A DNA stretch of 62,107 bases, counting the filler. It is 22 parts of 22 records of this genome, joined end to end, with 100 filler letters (N's around TTAATTAATTAA, not from the genome) between each part and the next. Parts side by side here need not be neighbours in the genome. Positions count along the whole stretch, not along the records: positions 6,723 to 16,137 come from SRR16133337_41525; positions 16,238 to 18,885 come from SRR16133337_41584; positions 18,986 to 21,111 come from SRR16133337_41729; 19 more parts are not named here. One strand, given 5' to 3'. The position numbers were made by a program, and so were the translations under genes. Shown piece by piece: positions 11,189 through 21,111 of the stretch (position 1 is its first letter; every line of letters starts with the position of its first letter). The notes beneath the pieces are model-generated. The model worked only from the letters and a program-made list of their open reading frames with translations. It was not told the origin of the DNA and did no database searches.

Positions 11189-11958
11189 ACAATTACCTTG
11201 ATTCGCAATCCAAAAAAATAAAACACTTTATTAAAAAGAAGCAAACCTTTATTGCTTTGTTAAAAGAGCAAAAACAATCAGTATCATACGAAAGAATTCA
11301 CCATAACGGTATAATATTAGGTTATCCACAAAGAAGGATAAAATCTTTTGCACAAGTCCTAAGAGGAAAATTTTCGCATAGACCAAGAAATGATAAACGT
11401 CTCTATGATGGTATTTATCCATTCATACAAACAGGTGATGTTTCACAAGCAGATAAATATATTGAATCTTATAAGCAGACATTAAATGAGTGGGGATATT
11501 CAGTAAGTAAAGAATTTCCAAAAGGAACTCTATGCTTAACTATTGCTGCAAATATTGGTGATGTCGCTATTCTGAACTTTAATGCTTGTTTTCCAGACAG
11601 TATTTTAGGGATTGTTCCAAATTCTGAAGTTGATTTAGATTACTTATACTATGCACTCAAATCATTCAAGGTTAAGTTTATATCGGAATCTACATTAACA
11701 ACACAATATAATCTTAATATAGAAAAAGTAGGTCCAATTAAAATATCAGTTCCGGCATTAGAAGAACAAAAAAGGATAGTTATTAAAATCAAAACCGAAA
11801 CCGCCAAAATAGACCAAGCCATTACCCAAGCCCAAAAAGAAATAGAACTCATAAAAGAGTACAAAGAAGCCATGATAGCAGAAGCGGTATTGGGTAAGTT
11901 TAATCATAAAATAACACCAACAAGTGCAAATAATGCACCAGTTGAAAATATAGAATAA
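10720..11958 (+). CDS. hsdS: Type I R-M specificity subunit S (start may be ATG 10735)
   Basis: Two TRDs (GDILFSRSGTIG; GTLCLTIAANIGDVAIL), conserved helical regions (PALEEQKRIV...LIKEYKEAMIAEAVLGK), located between hsdM and hsdR. Confidence 0.93.
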   Translation: MVRNIMQKIKLKYLTKEPLQYGINIEAKYYRDNGIRFLRTTDINDEGEILKDGIYLDKNVVPENYLLKKGDILFSRSGTIGRAYFHKTDEPMTYAGFLVRFRLEDVELAKWVYYYSKTPDFKQVLYSEAIESTIQNFNGQKYNNIAIPSNHLQLTINNYLDSQSKKIKHFIKKKQTFIALLKEQKQSVSYERIHHNGIILGYPQRRIKSFAQVLRGKFSHRPRNDKRLYDGIYPFIQTGDVSQADKYIESYKQTLNEWGYSVSKEFPKGTLCLTIAANIGDVAILNFNACFPDSILGIVPNSEVDLDYLYYALKSFKVKFISESTLTTQYNLNIEKVGPIKISVPALEEQKRIVIKIKTETAKIDQAITQAQKEIELIKEYKEAMIAEAVLGKFNHKITPTSANNAPVENIE

Positions 11959-12145
11959 CCCAGTTATTTCCATTTAGGAAACAACTCAACAAAAGAGAAA
12001 ATGTAGGAATGCTAATAATTAAAAAAACATACGGTTACGCTTTAAAAACACAAATTCGGAAATTCCGAATTACTGTAAAAGCCCTTATTATCAAGGGGTT
12101 TAAAAATGCTTCAATGTTAATAAGTATCACAAATTTGTTAAAAAG

Positions 12146-12178
12146 TTTGGTGTTTTCATACGTTTATACGTATATTTG
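12146..12178 (+). promoter_or_regulatory. Bacteroidota sigma-A promoter driving the RNA leader and abiF
   Basis: TTTG (12146-12149), 21-nt spacer, TATATTTG (12171-12178), matching the -33/-7 consensus. Confidence 0.75.
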
Positions 12179-12183
12179 TAGCA

Positions 12184-12300
12184 ACAGTACCCATTCTGCT
12201 TCCCGTAAGAACAGCAAGTGGGTCTTACTTTCAGAAGATAATTTAATCAAAGATAATACACCCTTCAGGCTTACTTCGGTAGCACACTTGGGGGGTCTTC
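12184..12300 (+). ncRNA. Putative AbiF-associated structured RNA (abiF motif / type III-like RNA antitoxin), two related hairpins
   Basis: Hairpin 1 at 12189-12226 (acccat/gtgggt, tgct/agca). Hairpin 2 at 12260-12299 (acccttcag/ttggggggt, closed by a cUUCGg tetraloop). Both lie between a promoter and an Abi_2 gene. Confidence 0.7.
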
Positions 12301-12321
12301 TCTTTATAAAAGGTTCGCATT

Positions 12322-13272
12322 ATGAGTAAACGAACCTACCATAAACCCCAAAAATCTTTTGCAGAACAACTGCAACAGCTCAAAGACCGAAATTTAACGG
12401 TAAATGATGATGCAAAGGCATTAGCCTATCTTTCTCATATTAGTTATTATAGGCTAAGTGCTTATTTTTTACCTTATCAACAAACAAAAGACTGGTTTGA
12501 TGACGGTACTACATTCAAACAAATAATTGACACCTATTCTTTTGACAGAGAGCTACGACTATTGGTTTTTGACTGTATTGAGCGTATTGAAGTTGCTATT
12601 CGTACACAATTTATTTATTGTATGGCTACTCATTATAACGATAGCCATTGGCAAGACAACAAACAGTTGTTTCTAAAACCGTTTTACAATAAAATTGGAA
12701 ATTTGATAGACCCTTATTCCGATTTTCAAAATATTATTTCAAGAGCAAAAACAACAAGAAGACCTGAAGTTTTTATAAAACATTACACAGACCAATACAA
12801 CAAACCTTCAAACCCACCCTCTTGGATGTGTTTTGAGCTATTAACCATTGGCGAATTATCACATATTTTCAGAGGTTTAAAAAACAACAGCGATAAAAAA
12901 AGTATAGCAAAAGAATTTGATTTACATTTTAATGTTTTCATCTCTTGGCTACACTCACTCACTTATGTAAGAAATATATGCGCTCATCATTCAAGATTAT
13001 GGAATAAAGATTTAGCAGTAGAACCTGAAAGACTTTTAAAGCCAGTTGGAAATTGGGTAAGTCCTGCCTATAGTAATAACAAACGGGTGTTTTATTTTTT
13101 ATGCTTATTAAAGTATTTTTTAACGAGAGTAAACTCAAACAACCATCTGAAAGAAAAACTTACGGTATTATTTAATAAATACCCCAGTGTTCCCATTAAA
13201 TATATAGGTATTCCATCTGATGGAAATGGTAATCTTTTAGATTGGCAAAACGAACCTTTATGGAAAAATTAA
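12322..13272 (+). CDS. abiF: Abi_2 family (AbiD/AbiF) HEPN ribonuclease, abortive-infection toxin
   Basis: Family motifs EQLQQLKDRNL, ISYYRLSAY, Y.FDRELR, IERIEVAIR, PPSWMCFELLTIGELS and HEPN R-X4-H motif RNICAHHSRLW. Confidence 0.9.
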   Translation: MSKRTYHKPQKSFAEQLQQLKDRNLTVNDDAKALAYLSHISYYRLSAYFLPYQQTKDWFDDGTTFKQIIDTYSFDRELRLLVFDCIERIEVAIRTQFIYCMATHYNDSHWQDNKQLFLKPFYNKIGNLIDPYSDFQNIISRAKTTRRPEVFIKHYTDQYNKPSNPPSWMCFELLTIGELSHIFRGLKNNSDKKSIAKEFDLHFNVFISWLHSLTYVRNICAHHSRLWNKDLAVEPERLLKPVGNWVSPAYSNNKRVFYFLCLLKYFLTRVNSNNHLKEKLTVLFNKYPSVPIKYIGIPSDGNGNLLDWQNEPLWKN

Positions 13273-13300
13273 TTAGTTTAAAAGAAAGAAATTGTAATTT

Positions 13301-16137
13301 ATGCAAACATCCAATACATCAGAAAAAGGCTTAGAAACGATCATAGAAAAACATCTGATAGAAAATAATGGCTACCGTCAAAGTTATAGTGCAGATTACG
13401 ACAGAGACCTTTGCATGAATAAAAAATTGCTCTTTGAATTTATTAAAGAAACTCAACCCCTTGCTTACGATACCATTCTAAAAAGAGGAGAAGAAAAGTT
13501 TGTTAAAAGACTAACAGACCAAATACGTCAAAAAGGAATTATTGAAATTTTACGTAATGGCATTAAAGATTTAGACCTTCGTGTTCAACTCTATTATAAA
13601 AAACCAACCTCACACTTAAATCAAACCGCACAAAAACAGTACAACGCAACTATTTTTTCGGTTACGCGTCAGTTATACTACAGTTTAGCCAATAGCAATT
13701 CATTAGATATGGTAATTTCCATAAACGGATTACCAGTAAGTACATTTGAATTAAAGAACCAATGGACAAGGCAAAATGTAAAAAATGCTATTCGTCAGTA
13801 TCAAAACGATAGAGACCCAAAGGAAGCCTTATTTGTATTTGGTAGATGTATGGTTCACTTTGCTGTAGATGCGAACTTAGTATATATGACAACCCATTTG
13901 AGCGGTACTAAAACATTCTTTTTACCATTCAATAAAGGAAATGATGATGGAGCAGGTAATCCATTAAACCCAAATGGTCTAAAAACAGATTACCTATGGA
14001 AAGAGATATTAACGAAAGAAAGTTTTAGTAATATCATTGAAAACTATGCTCAAATAGTGGAAGAAAAAGATGAAGATACAGGTAAAATAAAACGGAAATT
14101 GATATTTCCGAGATACCACCAATTAAGAGCTGTTAAAACCATTTTAGACCACGCTAAAGAAAACGGAGTAGGTCAAAAGTATTTGATACAACATTCAGCA
14201 GGTTCTGGTAAATCAAATTCTATTACTTGGTTGGCGCATCAATTAGTGAGTCTACATAATACAGAGCATACAGAAGCTATCTTTGATAGTGTAATTGTAG
14301 TTACCGATAGGCGTGTTTTAGACAAACAAATTAGAGATAACATCAAGCAATTTGCTCAGGTAAATAGTGTTGTAGAAGCTATAGACAAAGGAAGCCGCCA
14401 ACTAAAACAAGCCTTAGAAGATGGTAAGAAAATAATTGTTACCACAGTTCAAAAGTTCCGTTTCATCATAGATGAAATAGGAACATTACAAGCTAAGAAA
14501 TTTGCCATACTTATTGATGAAGCACATAGTAGTCAAAGTGGAGAAACTGCCAGTAAAATGAATTGGGTATTATCCGATAAGGAAACACCTTATGGTGAAG
14601 AACAAGAGCCACCAACATCTGAAGATGTTATCAATGAATTGATTGAAAACCGAAAGATGCTTAAAAATGGTAGTTATTTTGCTTTCACTGCAACGCCTAA
14701 GAATAAAACCTTAGAAACCTTTGGTACACAAACAGCAGAAGGTAAATTTAAAGCATTTGACACCTATACAATGAAACAGGCTATTGAGGAAGAATTTATC
14801 CTTGATGTACTAAAAAATTATACGACCTATCAATCTTACTACAAATTAGACAAAGCAGTAGAAGGCAATCCAAAATTTGAAACACGTCAAGCAAATAAGA
14901 AATTAAGGGCGTATGTAGAAAGTCATTCGTTTTCCATTATGGAAAAGTCTAAAGTAATGTTAGACCATTTTCATACAGATATTAGAAAACAAATAAACGG
15001 TCAAGCCAAAGCAATGGTGGTATGCAAAAGCATCAACAATGCCATTAAATACTACCGGGCATTTAAAGAATATTTGAAAGAAATAAATTCTCCTTACAAA
15101 GCTATTGTTGCCTTTTCAGGCACAAAAAAATTAGATGGTGATGATGTAGATGAAGCTAAATTAAACGGTTTCCCAAGTAATGATATTCCTAATGTGTTTA
15201 AGAAAAAAGAGTCTCGTTTTTTAATTGTAGCCAACAAATTTCAAACAGGTTTCGACCAACCTCTTTTACATACGATGTATGTAGATAAAAAATTGGCAGA
15301 TGTCCAAGCGGTACAAACTTTGTCAAGATTGAATAGAGCTTACAAACCGTATAAAGAAGATACGTTTGTAATGGACTTTTTTAACGCTACAGAAGATATT
15401 AAAAAAGCATTTGAGCCATTCTATACCACTACTATTTTAAGTGAAGAAACAGATGCTAATAAGCTAAACGATTTACAAGATGCCTTAGATAATGCACAAG
15501 TGTATGCACAAGATGATATTGTAAACTTTACCGAATTATATTTTAAAGAAGCAGACCGTCAAGAGTTAGACCCAATTATTGATAAATGTGTAGCTGCGTT
15601 TAAAGCTGAACTCAATGAAGATGCCCAAATAGATTTTTATGTAAAAGCAAAATCATTCTTTAGAACCTATGCGTTTCTATCAAAAATACTATCATTCAGT
15701 AATGCCTCTTGGGAAAGACTGTATTGGTTTTTAAAATTTCTAATCCCTAAGATAAAGCCAGAAGAAATTGAAGATTTAGCCAAAGGTATTTTAGAAGCTA
15801 TAGACTTGGATAGTTACCGATTAACACGTACCACACAAGAAGATATTAAATTGAAAGGAGATGAAGAGTTAGACCCAACACCACCTGTAATGAAAGGTAA
15901 GAAGGGAGAGCTTGGGTTTGAGGAATTAGAAGCTATAATCAATGAGTTTAATACAAGGTTTGGTATAGATAATTGGTCTGATGATGATAAGGTTAAGAAT
16001 TTCTTGTCTGAGCAATTGCCAGCAGACTTTGCTCGTGATGAAGTTACCGTGAATGCAGTTAAAAACAGCGATAAGCAAAACGCTAAAATAACTTCAGATA
16101 AAAAAGTAGAAGACTTAATGCAAGATGTAATATTTCA
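13301..16137 (+). CDS. hsdR: Type I restriction endonuclease subunit R (3' end truncated by contig end)
   Basis: Nuclease motif D...INGLP..TFELKN...QY, Walker A HSAGSGKS, DEAH, FTATP, TGFDQP, QTLSRLNR. Confidence 0.96.
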
Positions 16138-16373
16138 NNNNNNNNNNNNNNNNNNNNNNNNNNNNNNNNNNNNNNNNNNNNTTAATTAATTAANNNNNNN
16201 NNNNNNNNNNNNNNNNNNNNNNNNNNNNNNNNNNNNNTACCGACTACACAACCAAGGGACTTGGGGGTGCCGAACGCGAACAAAAGCGGTTTTACAGGAC
16301 AAGAGTGTCTGACCCATGTTGGCAGGAAATTAAATAGTTACTGGCAAATTACTTGTTAATTTCAATTCCATTC

Positions 16374-16664
16374 ACTATTTTCGATTCAATCAAGTTGTTT
16401 AATTTTCATTATTTTCGGGTGTTGGAAGGTCTTCCCTCACTATTTTCGATTCAATCGATTTGTTTATTCCGCATTCCACTAACTATTTTCGATTCAATTG
16501 AGTTGTTTAATTTCCATTCGACTAATTATTTTCGATTGAATAGAATTGTTTAATTGCACTTCTATTAACTATCTTTGATTCAATCGAGCCGTTTAATTGT
16601 ATTCCGCCAACTATTTTCGATTCAATCGAGTCGTTTAATTACCATTCCAGTAACTATTTTCGAT
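16374..16664. repeat. Minisatellite with about 43-bp unit, about 6.5 copies, containing an internal palindrome TCGATT-C-AATCGA
   Basis: Units of actattttcgattcaatcgagttgtttaatt..cattcca.ta start at 16374, 16439, 16482, 16525, 16568, 16610 and 16653. Confidence 0.85.
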
Positions 16665-18325
16665 GAGTGAAGACATTCCACCAACATACTTCCCTGATTT
16701 TGCGACGAGGGAAGGTCTTCCGGGAAGGCATTACTTCAGAAATTAATGGAATGGCTGACCACTTTTCGGTGTCCAAAATCCCCAAAGTGATTCAAAGTGT
16801 ACTCCCTATTTTTTCATCAAGTGCGCACCAACGTCAGTTGTTAAATTTTGAGTTCCATAAACTGGGAAAATTGAAATCGGGCGGTTTTTGCAAGAGTGGG
16901 ACGTCATATCCCCAAAAGGTTTCCAAGTGTGACAGTCCAGTGTGAGAAAGTTTTTGAATGGCTGACTCCAAGTGGTCCAAAGTGCACTCCACAACTTATT
17001 TTTCATCAATTGCACACAATATGACCACGTTTTTTTTGTGTACCCTCATTTATTGACACTTTTGAGTTGTGGTACTTTTATGGGGACCAGGCCGCTCTAA
17101 TCTCAAATCACATTTATGTACTTTGTTGTAGGTCCCCTTGATGGATCCAAAATTATACCAAAAGATCGGGATCAGTTTCTAACTTTTCCCGATCTCTCAT
17201 CAGGAGACGGTACGTCACTCAACACGCAAAAAAACTAAGTTTTTCCTGAAGGGAACTCCACAGAAAAAGATTTTTGTGTAGGTGCAGTTCATCTAAATTT
17301 CTATTCAAGTTTTGTCTCAAAACGGTACTTTAGTGTCACGTCACATTTTACACGTCGTAGTGACGTCATTTCGGGCTTTTTTCCCAGAGAACTCGCAATT
17401 GTGATTGCACAGAAACCAGGAGAACCTTCCAAATACAAAGCACCCCAAAAATATTTTGTTACTAGATAGACTTGTCTCGTTTTTTGAATTGTTTTCACGT
17501 GTTCTGGTGTGATGATTCGTGATGACGTCACTACTCAAGAAGCATAATAGCTTTTTTGGCAGAATGCGGTGCAAAAAAGCGAAGAAGTTGGAACCGAAAT
17601 TGAGGCAGAGCCGTTCATGTTGGAGAGCGAGTGTTGGGAGCCACAAAATTTTCCATAGTCATGACCGAATTTGCTCAACATCACCACCCTTCCCATTTTT
17701 TTTTTCGCATCAGAAAACTGTGTCTGGCACGTCACACAGGTTTTGCTTTTAGTGGAAATAGCATGTAACACTCTCTTACTGCATATTTTGCCACAAAGCA
17801 TTCTCTCATGTTTTTGTTGTTTTGTTAGAATCTTCTTCAAAAAAGATCAAAGTCGAAGCTCGATCGTTTGATGGTGTGTAATCCAGAGGCTTTTACAGCA
17901 TCGGCTGTGTGTTTGTGTGTGCATGTGGGATGTGTGGTGTGTCTGTTCCACGAATTTAGTGGATTTTCACTAGATGACCAATTATTTTTGGGTGGTTAGC
18001 AAGCCTTCTGAGAAATGGCCTGATCATAAACTTTGTTGTCGCACTTTTTTTTTCAAGTGCAATCGCAACAAAAAGTCCGAGGTCAGTCATGTGATGACGT
18101 CACCAATTGCGAAAGTACTGGAAATGACATGCGACGCGCCCATAAATTGAGCAACAATGCAGAAAAGCCATAAATTTTGGGTAACTGTGACCAGGCCAAC
18201 TTCGTAACCGCCCAAAAATAAAAACTTTTAGATCATTGAAACCAATTAAAAATTTCAGTGAACTCTTTCAACGATAGTGCATGAAAGGATTCTTTAGACC
18301 GAAAACCCCAACGTTTGAGTTATAC

Positions 18326-18488
18326 TACAGAATAATTCATAGTAAACCCCCACACCCTCTTACATGTGTTCTCTGATGCATGTAGAGTGCATCTAAAAAC
18401 GTGGGTGAGGAGGGAGGGGGTGTTACTATATTTGGGCAAACGAACACCTCTTGAGGGGAGGGTGGGGGTTGCTATGAATTGTTCTGTA
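18326..18488. mobile_element. Tc1/mariner-type MITE with TA target-site duplication
   Basis: TA|CAGAATAATTCATAGTAAACCCCCAC...GTGGGGGTTGCTATGAATTGTTCTG|TA; about 30-bp imperfect TIRs starting with CAG. Confidence 0.7.
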
Positions 18489-18505
18489 ACCATTCTTTTG
18501 TGTAG

Positions 18506-18825
18506 AGAAGTTGAATTCTGCTAAAAAAGTTGTGATGGACAGCATGGTCAAAGATTGGCTCAATGGACGAGCTTCTGAAGTTTATGTTCGTGAACAATAT
18601 TTACACTTACTTCGTTATTGGGATCATGCAGATCATCTCTATGTTTTGGGTACTCCGGGGACTGGAAAAACTGTCTTTGGACATCTTGCGTTTTTGAGGG
18701 AACTTGCAAATGGAGCGTCGCCGCTCATCTATGTTCTGCAGCGCGAAGGAGAGCAATACAAGAAAATTTTGGTGATTGATAATGAATATGGTATGTTTAA
18801 TCCGCCAGAAGGTGCAAAACAGTGA
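18506..18825 (+). CDS. Exon of a Crinkler-type (CR-NTPase) P-loop protein
   Basis: VYVREQY...LYVLGTPGTGKTVFGHLAFLREL...LIYV resembles the CRN NTPase Walker A context; AG acceptor at 18504-18505. Confidence 0.55.
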
Positions 18826-18985
18826 TTTGGGCCCAAAATTAAAATGATTGCACTCTAACTTTTACACCATTAACTTTTACACCATNNNNNNNNNNNNNNN
18901 NNNNNNNNNNNNNNNNNNNNNNNNNNNNNTTAATTAATTAANNNNNNNNNNNNNNNNNNNNNNNNNNNNNNNNNNNNNNNNNNNN

Positions 18986-19174
18986 CTCTGTGTTCACTTC
19001 TTTTTGCTCTACAATACTTAAAAACAAGTGGAAGTATAAATTTTCTTTCCAAAAATTTTGGGAGTTTATTTTTAAGAGTTGGTTCGCAATCTGAATGCTT
19101 TTTTCTTCAATTTCTTCTGAAGAGAATTTCGAACGCAATTTTTTATATTTATTTCTTGATTCTTCTTTGAGCAT
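18986..19174 (-). CDS. ygfA: 5-formyltetrahydrofolate cyclo-ligase, N-terminal fragment
   Basis: K...R.KYKKLR...S...I...SIQIANQL...FHLFLSI..QKEVNT pattern; divergent from uvrC and cut by the contig end. Confidence 0.8.
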
Positions 19175-19285
19175 GATTACTAATTGAACTGCAAAATAAA
19201 GGAATTAATTTTAGTCTTGGGTTTCAAATTTCAAGTCTTTTATCCTTTTATTCATGCCTTCTTCTTTAAATTTTATAATTTAGCA

Positions 19286-21085
19286 ATGATGTCTGAGATT
19301 TTAAAAATTCAAATAGAAACGCTCCCCAGTTCGCCAGGTGTTTATCAATATTATGATAAAGACGGTTTATTATTGTATATTGGAAAAGCAAAAAACCTTA
19401 AAAAAAGAGTAGTTTCCTATTTCAATAAGAATCAAGAAAATGGGAAAACAAGGGTATTGGTAAGTAAAATTAGAGAAATAAAACATATTGTAGTGGCTAC
19501 AGAAACAGATGCTCTATTGTTGGAAAACAACTTGATAAAAAAATATCAGCCCAAGTACAATGTGATGTTAAAGGATGACAAAACCTATCCTTGGATTTGT
19601 ATAAAAAAAGAACGTTTTCCACGGGTTTTTTTGACTCGAAAAATCATCAAAGATGGATCGGAATATTTTGGTCCCTATACATCCTTACGGACAGCAAGAG
19701 TTTTGTTAGATTTGATTAAGGAAATTTACCCATTACGCAGTTGTAATTTTGACTTGAGTGAACAAAATATTTCTCATGGAAAATATAAAATCTGTTTGGA
19801 TTATCACCTTGGAAATTGCAAAGGACCCTGTGAAGGATTTCAGTCTGTTATGGATTATGATAAGGATATCAAAGCGATTAAAAATATTATCAAAGGAAAT
19901 TTTAAGTCTTCCTTAGAAACTTTTCAAAAAAGGATGTCCGAATTTTCTGAAAAAATGGAATTTGAAGAAGCCCAGAAAATAAAGGACAAATTAGATTTGT
20001 TGATGAATTATCAATCTAAATCAATTGTGGTAAACCCGAGTATCAACAATATAGATGTCTTTTCGATTCTTTCAGATGAGAGTTATGGATATGTGAATTT
20101 TTTTAAAATAGTGAATGGAGCAATTGTTCAATCCCACACCACAGAGATTAAAAAGAAATTAGAAGAAACAGATAAGGAATTGTTGGAATTGTCCATTATT
20201 GAAATAAGACAACGTTTTGGTTCTTTGTCTAAAGAAATATATGTGCCTTTTCAAGTAGATTTAGGAGAGGGTTTCGTTATTACAGTTCCCAAGTTGGGTG
20301 ATAAAAAACGAATTGTAGAACTGTCTCAACGCAATGCAAAATATTATCGACAAGAACGATCTCATCAGATTAAAATAGTAGATCCAGAGAGACATGTAAA
20401 ACGAATTATGGCACAGATGCAAAAAGATTTACGTCTTTCTAAAGAGCCTAGACATATTGAGTGTTTTGACAATTCTAATATCCAAGGATCTAACCCTGTA
20501 GCCGCATGTGTAGTTTTTAGGGACGGGAAGCCTAGTAAAAAAGAATATCGAAATTTTAATATCAAAACAGTGGAAGGACCCGATGATTTTGCCTCTATGG
20601 AAGAAGTGGTTTTTAGACGTTATAAAAGATTGGTGGAAGAAGGAGAAGGTTTACCACAGTTAATCGTGATAGATGGAGGTAAAGGACAATTATCGTCTGC
20701 TTTGAAAAGCTTAGATTTATTAGGATTAAGAGGAAAGATTGCTATGATTGGAATTGCAAAAAGACTGGAAGAAATTTATTATCCTGAAGATGCCGTTCCT
20801 ATGTATTTAGAGAAAACTTCTGAAACTTTAAAGGTGATACAGTTTTTAAGGAATGAAGCGCATCGATTTGGAATCACACATCATAGAAATAAAAGAAGTA
20901 AAGGCGCTCTCCAATCAGAATTAGAACAGATACCAGGGATAGGAAAACAAACGATAGAAGTTTTATTACACTATTTTAAGTCTGTAAAAAGAATAAAGGA
21001 AGCAAGTTTGGAAAGTTTGACGAGTATTATAGGAATTTCTAGAGCTCAGAAAGTATTTTTTTATCATCAAAAAAAGTTTAGGTGA
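19286..21085 (+). CDS. uvrC: Excinuclease ABC subunit C
   Basis: GIY-YIG region PGVYQY...YIGKAKNLKKRV, Cys cluster, UVR domain, ECFDNSN, IDGGKGQL, RNEAHRFGI and HhH IPGIG. ATG 19286 or 19289 is preferred as start. Confidence 0.98.
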   Translation: MMSEILKIQIETLPSSPGVYQYYDKDGLLLYIGKAKNLKKRVVSYFNKNQENGKTRVLVSKIREIKHIVVATETDALLLENNLIKKYQPKYNVMLKDDKTYPWICIKKERFPRVFLTRKIIKDGSEYFGPYTSLRTARVLLDLIKEIYPLRSCNFDLSEQNISHGKYKICLDYHLGNCKGPCEGFQSVMDYDKDIKAIKNIIKGNFKSSLETFQKRMSEFSEKMEFEEAQKIKDKLDLLMNYQSKSIVVNPSINNIDVFSILSDESYGYVNFFKIVNGAIVQSHTTEIKKKLEETDKELLELSIIEIRQRFGSLSKEIYVPFQVDLGEGFVITVPKLGDKKRIVELSQRNAKYYRQERSHQIKIVDPERHVKRIMAQMQKDLRLSKEPRHIECFDNSNIQGSNPVAACVVFRDGKPSKKEYRNFNIKTVEGPDDFASMEEVVFRRYKRLVEEGEGLPQLIVIDGGKGQLSSALKSLDLLGLRGKIAMIGIAKRLEEIYYPEDAVPMYLEKTSETLKVIQFLRNEAHRFGITHHRNKRSKGALQSELEQIPGIGKQTIEVLLHYFKSVKRIKEASLESLTSIIGISRAQKVFFYHQKKFR

Positions 21086-21111
21086 TGCAGTGATGCAGTG
21101 ATGCAGTGATG
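21082..21111. repeat. 8-bp tandem repeat (GTGATGCA)n starting at the uvrC stop codon
   Basis: gtgatgca x3.75 running into the contig end. Confidence 0.85.

Noticed and set aside
7400-11973. Antisense ORFs within mnmE, hsdM and hsdS
   Set aside because: Shadow frames of well-supported genes.
12009-12329. 106-aa ORF upstream of abiF
   Set aside because: It overlaps the promoter and RNA hairpins and has no recognisable protein features; better explained as non-coding.
16374-16664. CRISPR array
   Set aside because: The variable parts are only 12-13 bp and similar to each other, the repeats are degenerate, and there are no cas genes; it is a minisatellite.
17361-18102. Cluster of TGACGTCA (CRE-like) sites
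   Set aside because: Short palindromes with no defined gene start; they could be part of a repeat.
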